Made by a program: the position numbers and the translations under genes. From contig CATQIJ010000005.1 in NCBI GenBank assembly GCA_958296345.1, positions 72-64,071 on the forward strand: a DNA stretch of 64,000 bases, read 5' to 3'. Below, in pieces: positions 44,479-54,472 of the stretch. The stretch is from an uncultured Rhizobiaceae bacterium. Lineage in GTDB: Bacteria; Pseudomonadota; Alphaproteobacteria; Rhizobiales; Rhizobiaceae. The notes below the pieces were generated by a model. The model had not been told where the DNA came from and searched no databases. It worked only from the letters and a program-made list of their open reading frames with translations. The first letter of the stretch is position 1. Every line of letters starts with the position of its first letter.

Positions 44479-44964
44479 TTATTCACTTTCGTTGGCTTTC
44501 TTACGATAATTCTTCTTACTAATACGGTGCTCAATCCGGTCAGTAAGCTTATCTAGCTTGTTTACCACGCGCTCACGCTGACTATCATCTAACGTATTAT
44601 AAAATGCAACAAATTCTGGAACAAGCACATCAGCACGACGATCAAATTCTGACTTGATCTGATCACGAAGCTGGTTCACTTCTTCAACGGTAAGCGTCTC
44701 ATCTTTTGCCAGCTCTTTGAGCTTTGATGATAAATCCAGCATAAATTCTGGCGCAGTGCCGCGAATGCTAACATAAGATTTTGCAACCTTACTAAACGCT
44801 TCTTCTTGTGACGTATTCAAGTCAAGCTTGCCAACCACACGCTCTGTCACACGCTGAACACGCTTTTCTGGAGAATGATCACGTAGGGTAGCAAAAGCTG
44901 CAGTACCCAAGAGTGCTGCTACAACGCCACCAATAACCCAAGTTTTCTTTTTTAATCCGAACAT
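44479..44964 (-). CDS. periplasmic Spy/CpxP-like (LTXXQ-motif) protein
   Basis: 161 aa. N-terminal signal/anchor sequence and an all-helical charged body with LxxxQ-type motifs (LNTSQ, LDDSQ). Confidence 0.45.
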   Translation of the reverse strand: MFGLKKKTWVIGGVVAALLGTAAFATLRDHSPEKRVQRVTERVVGKLDLNTSQEEAFSKVAKSYVSIRGTAPEFMLDLSSKLKELAKDETLTVEEVNQLRDQIKSEFDRRADVLVPEFVAFYNTLDDSQRERVVNKLDKLTDRIEHRISKKNYRKKANESE

Positions 44965-45111
44965 TTTGAATTCCTTTTTGTTTTACTGACACCCTCAAGA
45001 TCGGGGTTCTAAGTCAAGAATTCAAATTACAAACTGGTAAGGTGGATTACAGTTTGGTAAGGTTTCTTGAGCGTAATAACATAATTCTGCAATTTTCCTC
45101 GTTGCATTGAT

Positions 45112-46240
45112 TTAATCAAAATCAACAATCTGGCGTATTGCTTCACCTTCCCGCAAACGATCCATTGCAAGATTAATATCTTCTAATGACAAGCGGTGAG
45201 TTAGCAACTTCTCAACGGGCATTAATCCTCGCCGCCAAAGCGCAATCATACGAGGTAAATCATGCTTGGGAGAACAAGACCCAATATAACTCCCCATCAA
45301 AGTGCGCTCTTCCGCAACCAAACTGATCGCGGGAATGGAAAACATGGCATCAGGATGCGGCAATCCACCTGTTACAGTCTTACCTCCACGTTTTGTAATC
45401 TTATAAGCAAATTCAAGTGCCTTGGCTGAGCCTGCCATTTCAATCGCAGTATCAACACCACCACTTGAGGCTTTTTTAATCGCAGCAACCACATCATCAC
45501 CGCCTGCCATGAAAACATCCGAAGCACCCAGCTCAAGCGCAAAATCAAGCTTTGATTGCTGCTGATCAACAACGACAACATGCCCTGCACCAGCAGCCAG
45601 CGCTCCCAATAAAGCATAAAGACCAACACCGCCAGCACCTACGATTGCCACACTTGACCCTGGGTTTACTTGAGCCGTGTTGAAAACACGCTCCAGCTCC
45701 TGTCAGCACAGCACAAGAAAACATTGCCGCAATGTACAATGGAATATCTTTGTCGATTTTAAAAACCGAATATTGCGATAGCGTTGAATATTCTGCAAAG
45801 GCTGAGACACCAACATGGTGATTGACAGGCATGCCATCAAGCGACAAACGTCGCTCGCCAGACATCAAATCGCCTTTGCCATTATGAAGTGCACCAGGTT
45901 CACATAAGGCAGGCCTACCCTCAGAACACGTTGGGCATTGCCCACAGCTAGGTGCAAAAATGCAGACTACATGATCCCCAACTTTGAGGTCGCCGACATT
46001 GCATCCAACTTCTTCAACAATGCCTGCGGCTTCATGACCCAGCACCATCGGTACAGGACAAGGGCGAACGCCATCAATCACCGATAAATCAGAATGACAA
46101 ACGCCAGCAGCTATAATCTTGACCAGGACTTCATCAGGCCCAGGCCCTTCTAGATCAATGTACTGGATGGTCCGAGCATTGTGCTTAGTATAAGGCGTTT
46201 CATTCTCACTTTGATGTAAAACGGCTGCCTTAATTTTCAT
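45112..46240 (-). pseudogene. zinc-dependent alcohol dehydrogenase (single frameshift)
   Basis: The N-terminal ORF 45566..46240 (GVCHSDL, GHEAAGIVEEVG, CGQCPTCSEG) and the C-terminal ORF 45112..45651 (VAIVGAGGVGL) join in the -1 frame near 45683-45690. The Cys/Trp-rich tail of the N-terminal ORF is out-of-frame translation. Confidence 0.8.
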
Positions 46241-46316
46241 ATTTCCAACCCTTCATCTATTTAAAAAGATGGTAACCATTGAAAACTACAAGCGCAAGAA
46301 ACGGCAGATTGTATTC

Positions 46317-47888
46317 TTAGTGATCTTGATTTAGCGCATCCATAGCTGGAATCTCACGTTCCCGTCTGGCTATGTAATCCAGCAAAGCTTCATCAACACC
46401 TTCATCCAGTTTTGGCTCTTCGTAAGCATCGAGTAGCGACTTAACTTGTTTTAAAGCTCGTTCATTAATTTCTACAGAACCCTCTGCTGCCCATTGTTCA
46501 ATTGAGTTATTATCAAAAAGCTCAGGCATGAAAAACGCTTGTTGGAAATTCTCTTGCGTATGTGGGTGTCCTAAATAATGTCCGCCTGGGCCAATATCAC
46601 GAATAGCGCTTAGCCCCTCATCAAAATCATCCCATTTGATACCTTCAGCCATACGATATGCCATCGCGCACTGCTCTGCATCCACGACAAACTTAGCCAT
46701 AGAACAATGCATACCTGCTTCATTCCATCCCGCAGAATGCCAAATGTAATTCGCTCCTGCCATCATCACAGCCATTAAAGTTGTGGCACTTTCATATCCC
46801 GCCTGCGCATCAAATGTTTTTGCACCGCCCAATGTATTTGATGTGCGCCAGGGAACTTTATAATAACGCGCCATCTGGCCAACCATAAAGTTCATTAGCG
46901 AAATCTCAGGTGTGCCCGCCATTGGTGCACCTGACTTCATGGAAACAGTTGAAAGGTAATGCCCATAAATGGCAGGGCAACCTTTATTGACCACTTGCGT
47001 ATAAGCAAGCGCGGACAAAGCCTCTGCATTTAATTGAGCAACGGAAGCCGCAGTTGAAGCTGGCGTGTTTGCACCACCTAAAACAAACGGCGAGCAAAGC
47101 ACAGGTTGATTGCGCTTACAAAATGAGCGCATCGCACCCAGCATAACTTCGTCCCATACAAGCGGCGAATTACCATTACAATTGCCGGTCACAACTGGAT
47201 GCGTATCAAGATAACCTTCACCAAAAAGAATATCACACATGTCCATCACATCTTCTGCATTTTTAGGGCTGGTCGTCATACCCATGAACGTTTTATCCGA
47301 ATGCTTCATGGATGAATACGTAATGCGTAAATGACGATGCGAAATCGTATGATCCATCGGCTCAACAATGTGATGGCCTGATGAATGCAGTGCTGGCAAC
47401 ATGTGGCTTAACTTATGAAAATTAGCTAGATCATCTAATGTCGGTCCACGGCGATTATTTTCCATATCACGCAGATAAGGAGCGCCAGTCATTGGAACAA
47501 ACATCGAATGGTTTTTACCAAAAGGTAGATTCTTCTTCGGGTCACGAGCGTGATATGTAAACGTCTCAGGGATGGAAGAAATCAACTCCTTGATCATATC
47601 TCGATCAAAGTGAACGCGATCATCGGCGCGCACATCAGCACCAGCTTTTTTCCAGTCCTCAATCGCAATATCATCGCGAAAGACAACACCAACGTCTTCA
47701 AGAATATCAAGTGATGCTTTATCAATTTTCTCAATCTGCTCTTGATCCATTGGCTCGGTCAATGGCAAATTACGTTCTAACGCAGGTAACATTGTAAAAT
47801 CATGTGCTGAACGAATTTCACGGCGCGCGCCGCGACCACCACGTCTGACACGCCCAATATCAGATTGTGGTTTTTCTACTTCTGTCAT
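46317..47888 (-). CDS. trimethylamine methyltransferase (MttB) superfamily protein, non-pyrrolysine type, copy 2
   Basis: Uninterrupted ORF with no in-frame TAG. N-terminal GRVRRGGRGARREIRS resembles copy 1. The core is colinear with copy 1 (..GNSPLVWDEV..GGANTPASTAAS..GANYIWHSAGW..VDAEQ..). I prefer the start at ATG 47888 over the GTG at 47933, but this is uncertain. Confidence 0.8.
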   Translation of the reverse strand: MTEVEKPQSDIGRVRRGGRGARREIRSAHDFTMLPALERNLPLTEPMDQEQIEKIDKASLDILEDVGVVFRDDIAIEDWKKAGADVRADDRVHFDRDMIKELISSIPETFTYHARDPKKNLPFGKNHSMFVPMTGAPYLRDMENNRRGPTLDDLANFHKLSHMLPALHSSGHHIVEPMDHTISHRHLRITYSSMKHSDKTFMGMTTSPKNAEDVMDMCDILFGEGYLDTHPVVTGNCNGNSPLVWDEVMLGAMRSFCKRNQPVLCSPFVLGGANTPASTAASVAQLNAEALSALAYTQVVNKGCPAIYGHYLSTVSMKSGAPMAGTPEISLMNFMVGQMARYYKVPWRTSNTLGGAKTFDAQAGYESATTLMAVMMAGANYIWHSAGWNEAGMHCSMAKFVVDAEQCAMAYRMAEGIKWDDFDEGLSAIRDIGPGGHYLGHPHTQENFQQAFFMPELFDNNSIEQWAAEGSVEINERALKQVKSLLDAYEEPKLDEGVDEALLDYIARREREIPAMDALNQDH

Positions 47889-48111
47889 CTTATCACTCTC
47901 AAAATACTTTTGACCTTGCTTGATAAATACCACTCAAGTCTATTGTTACAGATACGAGCATACGACTCTAACAATGACGCATATGAACAATTATAAAACT
48001 TTACTTTAAAAAGAGAAGAAAAATGCCCCAATTTGCCTGCATGATTATCTCGACACAAAGGCTATGAGTAGATAAGCTTTTAACTCTGATTGATTTGGAA
48101 AGAGCAAACTT

Positions 48112-48714
48112 ATGACACTTGAAGTTCTTCTAGCATTTAATCTGGCTCTATTGGCAGCAATAATTAGCCCAGGGCCAGCCATGCTAATTTCTATCAGAAC
48201 AACACTGGTACATGGCCGTATGGCAGGCATCAAAACAGGTCTGGGCTTAGGTCTTATGGCAGCGATTTGGACAATGTTAGCTTTACTAGGCCTTAATAGT
48301 GTTTTTGAGCTTTTCCCTTGGGCTTACATAACAATGAAAACCATTGGCGCTGTCTATCTTATCTATATTGCGTGGAACACTTGGAAAGGCGCAAAGCAAC
48401 CGCTCACCAGCGAGGTAAAATTAGGCAAGAACAACTTCCGTGATGGCCTTTTGCTAAATCTTTCAAACCCAAAATCAGCCTTGTTTGCCGCCGCAGTTCT
48501 CGTACTTATATTCCCACCAGATCTATCACTGATTGATAAAGGCCTCATTATCTTAAACCACTTCATAGTAGAAATGATTTGCTACACGCTCATCGCAATA
48601 ACGATGAGTACAGAAGCAATTAGCAAGCGATACATGAAAGCTAAAATTTGGTTAGACCGTTTCTCTGCACTTGTCTTAAGCGGCCTTGGTTTAAAACTTC
48701 TAATAGAAAAATAA
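48112..48714 (+). CDS. LysE/RhtB-family amino-acid exporter
   Basis: 200 aa with 5-6 TM helices, N-terminal ISPGPAML and a central NLSNPKSALF motif. Confidence 0.8.
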   Translation: MTLEVLLAFNLALLAAIISPGPAMLISIRTTLVHGRMAGIKTGLGLGLMAAIWTMLALLGLNSVFELFPWAYITMKTIGAVYLIYIAWNTWKGAKQPLTSEVKLGKNNFRDGLLLNLSNPKSALFAAAVLVLIFPPDLSLIDKGLIILNHFIVEMICYTLIAITMSTEAISKRYMKAKIWLDRFSALVLSGLGLKLLIEK

Positions 48715-48719
48715 ATAAA

Positions 48720-49847
48720 ATGAGCGGCCCTCTTTCATCTCTTAAAATTATAGAAATGGTTGGCCTTGGGCCTTGCCCATTAGCCGGACAACTCTTAGCA
48801 GACCTAGGCGCCGAAGTCGTCGTCATAGATCGCAAGTCTGCCCTAGATATTTCAACCGAAGTCAATCGTCGCGGCAAGAAATCGATCGCACTTAACCTTA
48901 AAGATCAAAAGGGCTTAGAAGTCGCACTGAAATTAATTTCCAAAGCAGACCTTCTAATAGAAGGGTTCCGTCCTGGCGTCATGGAAAGACTTGGTCTTGG
49001 ACCAAATGTTTGCTTGTCTGCAAATCCGAAGCTGATTTACGGCCGTATGACCGGATGGGGACAGGTTGGCCCTCTCTCTCATTCAGCAGGACATGATTTA
49101 AACTATTTAGCAATCACTGGCGCATTGCACGCCATGGGTAAGGAAGGTGAGCCACCTGTTCCACCGCTTAACTTGGTTGCTGATTATGGGGGTGGTTCAA
49201 TGTTTTTAATCATGGGTGTTTTATCTGCACTTATAGAGCGTGGCATCTCAGGAAAAGGCCAAGTGATAGACGCAGCCATGATAGACGGCGTACCAGCTAT
49301 GATGGGCATGATCCATTCAATGTTGGCGCAAGGCACTTGGACGAATAACCGTGAAGATAATTTCGTAGACGGCGGTGCGCCATACTATCGTTGCTACACA
49401 TGTGCCGATGGTAAATATTTGTCCATTGGTTGCATAGAGCCACAATTCTTTGCTGAGTTTTTAAAGCTTGTTAATTTAGATGCTGACTTGGCTAAATTGC
49501 AAAATGACAAATCGCAATGGTCGATGCTACATCTATTATTTGAACAAACCATAGCAAAAAAACCACGAGATAAATGGGCTAATATTTTTGAAGGAAGCGA
49601 TGCCTGCGTAGCGCCTGTGCTTGATTTTAACGAGGCCGCCAAATACCCGCACAACCTACAACGCAATGCATTTGCAACGCAAAATAGCGTAACGCAAACA
49701 ACTCCAGTTCCAAGATTTAGCAGAAGCGTAACAACTCTAAACGCGCCCTCGGATAAAACTGGATGCGATAATATCCAAATTCTAAAAGACATTGGTTTCA
49801 ATGAATCTGAAATCAAAAAACTTGCAAGTGCAGGTGTCTTATTGTGA
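48720..49847 (+). CDS. family III CoA-transferase (CaiB/BaiF; alpha-methylacyl-CoA racemase-like)
   Basis: The start MSGPLSSLKIIEMVGLGPCPLAGQLLADLGAEVVVIDR is the typical N-terminus of this family. The upstream part of the ORF-track ORF overlaps the lysE gene. Confidence 0.8.
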   Translation: MSGPLSSLKIIEMVGLGPCPLAGQLLADLGAEVVVIDRKSALDISTEVNRRGKKSIALNLKDQKGLEVALKLISKADLLIEGFRPGVMERLGLGPNVCLSANPKLIYGRMTGWGQVGPLSHSAGHDLNYLAITGALHAMGKEGEPPVPPLNLVADYGGGSMFLIMGVLSALIERGISGKGQVIDAAMIDGVPAMMGMIHSMLAQGTWTNNREDNFVDGGAPYYRCYTCADGKYLSIGCIEPQFFAEFLKLVNLDADLAKLQNDKSQWSMLHLLFEQTIAKKPRDKWANIFEGSDACVAPVLDFNEAAKYPHNLQRNAFATQNSVTQTTPVPRFSRSVTTLNAPSDKTGCDNIQILKDIGFNESEIKKLASAGVLL

Positions 49848-49889
49848 AATGACACTTCTGCAATAAGTGACAACCAATGGACTTAAAAA

Positions 49890-51209
49890 ATGGCAAAACG
49901 CGCAATTGATCATGGAAAAAACATTGCGGAAGGTTCACTTGATCCTGTCGAACTTCTTTCATCTACCTATGAAGCAATAGAAGATAGCGAAGTTTCTAAT
50001 GATATTTTTACTGTTCTAACGCGCGAACGTGCAGAAGAAGAAGCCAAGGCCTCTCACAAGCGCTACAAAAATGACTCTATGAAAAGCCCTTTAGATGGCG
50101 TGCCGGTTTCTTGGAAAGATCTATTTGACACAAAAAATATTGTAACAGAAGCAGGCTCGATGCTCTTAGAAGGACGCATTCCTAAAGAAGACTGTTTGGC
50201 GCTTAAGCGCGCAACTGATGCGGGTATGATTTGCGTTGGTAAAACACATATGTCTGAACTTGCTTTCTCGGGTCTTGGCATTAATCCAAAAGCCAAAACT
50301 CCGCCGAATATTATCGGTGATGATTTAGCACCCGGCGGCTCTTCGTCTGGAGCAGCGGCCAGTGTCGCTCATGGCTTTGTTTCAATTGGCGTAGGCTCAG
50401 ATACGGGTGGCTCTGTCCGCATTCCTTCCGCATGGAATAACCTCGTTGGTTTAAAAACCACGCACGGCCTGATCCCCAATGATGGCGTAGTACCACTTTG
50501 TCCAGGTTTTGATACAGTTGGCCCCCTATGCACAAGCGTAGAAGACGCATGGGTTTCAACCGCAATCTTTGCTGGTTTAGAAGTAACGACACCACAGGCA
50601 AAGCCACTTTCAGAATGTAAATTTTTAGTTTCCAAAACTATCACGCGCGATAACTTAGGCGAAGATCAAGAAGCAGGTTTCAACGATGCTATCAGCAAGC
50701 TGGGCAGTGCAGGCGCCTCTATTGAATATAATGATGTAGACGTCATGGATGATATCCAAGCACTGGGCCCGGTTCTGTTTCCCTATGAGGCTTGGCAAAC
50801 ATGGGGGCAACAAATTGAAGCCCAACCAGACTTAATGTTTGAGCCTGTTAGAAATCGCTTTATGTCTGGTAAAGATATAACAAGAGAGCAATACCAGAAT
50901 GCATGGAATGCGATGATAGAAATGCGCGAAACATATAATGCGCAAATAGCTGACTATGATGCTGTCCTTACACCCACTGTCGCGATTGGCCCACCGCCTG
51001 TTAGCCAACTTTTAAACGATATCGAGCTTTTTCAAAAAACCAATTTAATAGCACTTCGCAATACTAGGTTCTTTAATATGTTTGGGTCTTGCGCTCTTAC
51101 CCTACCAACCTCAAAACCAGCTTCAGGATTGATGGTCGTAGGCAAACCCTTTGGTGAAAAGGAACTTGTATCAGTTGGGCTTAGCATAGAAGATATTTTA
51201 AGCGCTTAG
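49890..51209 (+). CDS. amidase-signature family amidase
   Basis: 439 aa with the AS signature GGSSSGAAASVAHGFVSIGVGSDTGGSVRIPSAWN. Confidence 0.8.
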   Translation: MAKRAIDHGKNIAEGSLDPVELLSSTYEAIEDSEVSNDIFTVLTRERAEEEAKASHKRYKNDSMKSPLDGVPVSWKDLFDTKNIVTEAGSMLLEGRIPKEDCLALKRATDAGMICVGKTHMSELAFSGLGINPKAKTPPNIIGDDLAPGGSSSGAAASVAHGFVSIGVGSDTGGSVRIPSAWNNLVGLKTTHGLIPNDGVVPLCPGFDTVGPLCTSVEDAWVSTAIFAGLEVTTPQAKPLSECKFLVSKTITRDNLGEDQEAGFNDAISKLGSAGASIEYNDVDVMDDIQALGPVLFPYEAWQTWGQQIEAQPDLMFEPVRNRFMSGKDITREQYQNAWNAMIEMRETYNAQIADYDAVLTPTVAIGPPPVSQLLNDIELFQKTNLIALRNTRFFNMFGSCALTLPTSKPASGLMVVGKPFGEKELVSVGLSIEDILSA

Positions 51210-51267
51210 TTTGCAACTTACTACAAATCAGGTAATTTAATAAAAATATTTAATAAGGGAATCTCAA

Positions 51268-52377
51268 ATGAAAACTCGCGCTGCAGTAGCTTTTGAAGCT
51301 GGAAAACCTCTTGAAGTCGTTGATGTAGACCTAGAAGGTCCAAAAGAAGGCGAAGTTCTAATTGAGATTAAAGCAACTGGCCTTTGTCACACAGACGAAT
51401 TCACCCGTTCAGGCGCAGACCCTGAGGGTATATTCCCAGCTATTCTTGGTCATGAAGGCGCAGGAATTGTAGTTGATGTTGGCCCAGGTGTTAAATCGCT
51501 TAAAAAAGGTGACCACGTCATTCCGCTTTATACGCCTGAGTGCCGTGAGTGTGATTATTGTACGTCTGGCAAAACAAACCTTTGTCAGTCTATCCGCGAA
51601 ACACAGGGCCGTGGCGTCATGCCAGATGGCACGTCACGCTTCTCCATCAAAGGCGAGCCTGCTTTCCACTACATGGGTACATCAACCTTTGCTAACCACA
51701 CAGTCGTACCAGAAATCGCTCTTGCAAAAGTACGTGAAGATGCGCCGTTTGAATCGATTTGCTACATCGGTTGTGGCGTAACGACAGGCATCGGCGCAGT
51801 AATAAACACAGCTAAAGTTCAACCAGGCGACAACGTTGTTGTCTTTGGCCTAGGCGGCATTGGCTTAAACGTTATTCAAGGCGCACGCCTTGCTGGTGCA
51901 AACATGATTGTCGGCGTTGATCTTAATCCAGAGCGCAAGGCATGGGGCGAAAAATTCGGCATGACGCATTTCGTTAATCCAAACGAAGTCGAAGGCGATC
52001 TGGTGCCTTACATCGTCGATCTTACCAAGGGCGGCGCAGATTACACATTCGAATGCATCGGTAATGTTAACGTCATGCGCGATGCGCTTGAGTGCTGCCA
52101 TAAAGGTTGGGGAACATCGATCATCATTGGCGTTGCAGGCGCAGGTCAAGAAATCTCAACTCGCCCATTCCAACTCGTAACGGGACGCAACTGGCGCGGT
52201 ACAGCCTTTGGTGGTGCAAAAGGACGTACAGACGTTCCAAAAATCGTTGACTGGTACATGGAAGGTAAAATCGAAATCGACCCAATGATCACACACACCA
52301 TGCCATTAGATGACATCAACAAAGGCTTTGATTTAATGCATTCAGGTGAGAGTATCAGGGGTGTTGTTAAATTTTAA
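51268..52377 (+). CDS. adhC: S-(hydroxymethyl)glutathione dehydrogenase / class III alcohol dehydrogenase
   Basis: 369 aa with [46 protein letters not shown] and [12 protein letters not shown]. Class III ADH pattern throughout. Confidence 0.9.
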   Translation: MKTRAAVAFEAGKPLEVVDVDLEGPKEGEVLIEIKATGLCHTDEFTRSGADPEGIFPAILGHEGAGIVVDVGPGVKSLKKGDHVIPLYTPECRECDYCTSGKTNLCQSIRETQGRGVMPDGTSRFSIKGEPAFHYMGTSTFANHTVVPEIALAKVREDAPFESICYIGCGVTTGIGAVINTAKVQPGDNVVVFGLGGIGLNVIQGARLAGANMIVGVDLNPERKAWGEKFGMTHFVNPNEVEGDLVPYIVDLTKGGADYTFECIGNVNVMRDALECCHKGWGTSIIIGVAGAGQEISTRPFQLVTGRNWRGTAFGGAKGRTDVPKIVDWYMEGKIEIDPMITHTMPLDDINKGFDLMHSGESIRGVVKF

Positions 52378-52403
52378 GATTAATACTTAGCTCTATTTTT
52401 CTA

Positions 52404-52754
52404 TTGCTCTGCACAGCGGTTATGGCAGCAGAAGTTGTCATGAACATTGTTGGTGATAGAGAGACTCTTAAGTTATCTAGCCACGACTTACAAAAGGCTG
52501 AAGCTGGTTTTGATAGCATAACAAACAGTCCTGTTGTGTTTTTCAGGTTCACCAAAGAAGGTGGTTCTAGGTTTGGTATTTTTACTTCAAGCCATGTCGG
52601 AAAAAAAATACAGATAAAAGTCTGCGACAAACTGATTTCATCGCCTGTAATTAGGGAACCAATTTTGGGTGGCTCAGGCATGTTAAGCGGCATTCATACA
52701 AGTGAAGAAGCTACAGAGCTAGCAGTCATACTCAATACTGGGAAATGTAAATAA
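52404..52754 (+). CDS. small protein resembling the SecD/SecDF P1-head subdomain
   Basis: GKKIQIKVCDKLISSPVIREPILGGSGMLSGIHTSEEATELAVILNTG parallels the SecD pattern G..LAIVLD..V.SAP.I...I.GG...I.G.FT..EA..LA..L..G. The frame is open from 52371 and would then encode a signal-peptide-like [19 protein letters not shown], so the true start is uncertain. Confidence 0.45.
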   Translation: MLCTAVMAAEVVMNIVGDRETLKLSSHDLQKAEAGFDSITNSPVVFFRFTKEGGSRFGIFTSSHVGKKIQIKVCDKLISSPVIREPILGGSGMLSGIHTSEEATELAVILNTGKCK

Positions 52755-52755
52755 C

Positions 52756-53205
52756 ATGATCCTCTACGTAGACGCGGACGCCTGTCCGGTTAAGACAGAG
52801 ATCATCAAGGTCGCTGAACGCCACAACTTAAAAGTAATCCAAGTCGCCGATGGCGGCTTGCGGCCTTCTCGTGACCCTATGGTGCAAAATGTGATTGTTA
52901 CTCAGGGTGCTGATGCGGCGGATGACTGGATTGCGGAGAATATCAGCGAGCATGACATTTGTATCACCAATGATATTCCGCTCGCCAAACGTTGCTTGGA
53001 AAAGCAGGCCAAAGCGGTTAAACCCAATGGCAAACTCTTTGATGAAGAAAACATCGGAATGGCGCTTGCGATGCGCGAGATTAATCAACACATCCGCGAA
53101 AGCAAGAATACGCAAACCTATAATGCAGGTTTCACGCCAAAAGACCGCTCAAACTTCTTGCAGGAACTTGAGCGCCTGATACAAATAGGCAAGAGAAGTT
53201 CCTGA
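52756..53205 (+). CDS. YaiI/YqxD family protein (UPF0178, DUF188)
   Basis: 149 aa with the family-typical N-terminus MILYVDADACPVK. Confidence 0.75.
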   Translation: MILYVDADACPVKTEIIKVAERHNLKVIQVADGGLRPSRDPMVQNVIVTQGADAADDWIAENISEHDICITNDIPLAKRCLEKQAKAVKPNGKLFDEENIGMALAMREINQHIRESKNTQTYNAGFTPKDRSNFLQELERLIQIGKRSS

Positions 53206-53236
53206 ACTAACTTTATCCGACACGATTGGAAGCCTC

Positions 53237-53626
53237 ATGACAGACGAACTGACTATTTTAGATCCAACCAACGATTTTGACACTTTAGGCGGACGCATCG
53301 TTCGAGCTCGTGAAGCGCTTGGGTTGGATGAAATAGAAGCCTCAACACGAGTTGGCGTGACTCTGGAAACCTATCAAAATTGGGAAACAGATCGAGACGA
53401 ACCACGCGCTAACAAACTTTCAATGCTGGCCATGTGCTTAAGTGTTAGCCCGACTTGGCTTTTATACGGTCGCGGCAAATCTCCGATTTCAGAAAGCGTC
53501 AGCGAAGAAGTAACCAACATCAGAGAGCAGCTTTCTCGCGTAAACGAGTTACAAGCACAAACAGCGCAAGCAATTGATATGTTAAATCAATCAGTAGAAC
53601 GTCTAGTAAAGCGCGAACAAGACTAA
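53237..53626 (+). CDS. XRE-family helix-turn-helix transcriptional regulator
   Basis: 129 aa. Cro/C1-type HTH (LGGRIVRAREALGLDEIEASTRVGVTLETYQNWE) and a coiled-coil-like C-terminus. Confidence 0.7.
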   Translation: MTDELTILDPTNDFDTLGGRIVRAREALGLDEIEASTRVGVTLETYQNWETDRDEPRANKLSMLAMCLSVSPTWLLYGRGKSPISESVSEEVTNIREQLSRVNELQAQTAQAIDMLNQSVERLVKREQD

Positions 53627-53636
53627 GGTAAATTTC

Positions 53637-54467
53637 ATGCAAACAACTAACGAAAACATCTCCTATGGTGGCCGCCAACTCGTTTTAACCCACGACAGTG
53701 AAGCTTGTAAGTGCGAGATGAAATTCTCTGTTTTCTTGCCTCCACAGGCTGAGACAAAGCCCTGCCCTGTTCTCTATTACCTATCTGGCCTAACTTGCTC
53801 ACATGCAAACGTCACAGAAAAAGGTGAATTTAGGCGAGCAGCAGCCGAGCATGGAATTATCATTGTGTGTCCAGACACTTCTCCTCGCGGCGAAGGTGTA
53901 GCAGATGAAGATGTTTATTTCTTTGGTTCAGGCGCAGGCTTTTATGTGGATGCAACTGAAGCGCCATTTTCTGAAAACTACAATATGTACTCCTATGTCA
54001 CCAAAGAACTACCAGCACTGATTGCAAAAGAGTTCAATGCAGACATGTCTCGCCAATCAATCACTGGCCACTCTATGGGTGGGCATGGCGCTATGGTATG
54101 TGCCCTAAACAATCCAGACACCTATAAATCTGTTTCAGCTTTCGCACCTATATGTGCACCTTCTGGAACCGATTGGGGTAATAATGCATTTACTAAATAT
54201 CTTGGGTCAGATGAAAACATTTGGCGTTCATATGATACTGTAGCCCTAATTGAAGATGGCAATAAAGTTCCTGAAATTTTTGTCGACCAGGGTACATCGG
54301 ATGAATTCCTTGAAACGGGTATTCGCGTGAACTTACTTGAAGCTGCATGTAAAGAAAAAGGCATCAAACTTACCCTGCGAATGCAAGAAGGTTATGACCA
54401 CTCCTATTACTTCATCTCAAGCTTTATGGCAGACCATATTGCTTGGCACGCAAAGCGTCTTGGATAA
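53637..54467 (+). CDS. fghA: S-formylglutathione hydrolase (esterase D)
   Basis: 276 aa with YYLSGLTC, nucleophile motif GHSMGGHGA, and C-terminal GYDHSYYFI. Confidence 0.9.
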   Translation: MQTTNENISYGGRQLVLTHDSEACKCEMKFSVFLPPQAETKPCPVLYYLSGLTCSHANVTEKGEFRRAAAEHGIIIVCPDTSPRGEGVADEDVYFFGSGAGFYVDATEAPFSENYNMYSYVTKELPALIAKEFNADMSRQSITGHSMGGHGAMVCALNNPDTYKSVSAFAPICAPSGTDWGNNAFTKYLGSDENIWRSYDTVALIEDGNKVPEIFVDQGTSDEFLETGIRVNLLEAACKEKGIKLTLRMQEGYDHSYYFISSFMADHIAWHAKRLG

Positions 54468-54472
54468 TAGAT

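Noticed and set aside
45566-45660. Cys/Trp-rich C-terminal tail (CWRCWSLCFIGSAGCWCRACCRC) of ORF 45566..46240.
   Set aside because: It is an out-of-frame read of the Rossmann-fold region of the alcohol dehydrogenase after a 1-nt shift. The correct frame gives VAIVGAGGVGLYALLGA.
39313-47933. Pyrrolysine (in-frame TAG) in either MttB-family gene.
   Set aside because: Both ORFs are continuous without any internal stop, so they belong to the non-Pyl class.
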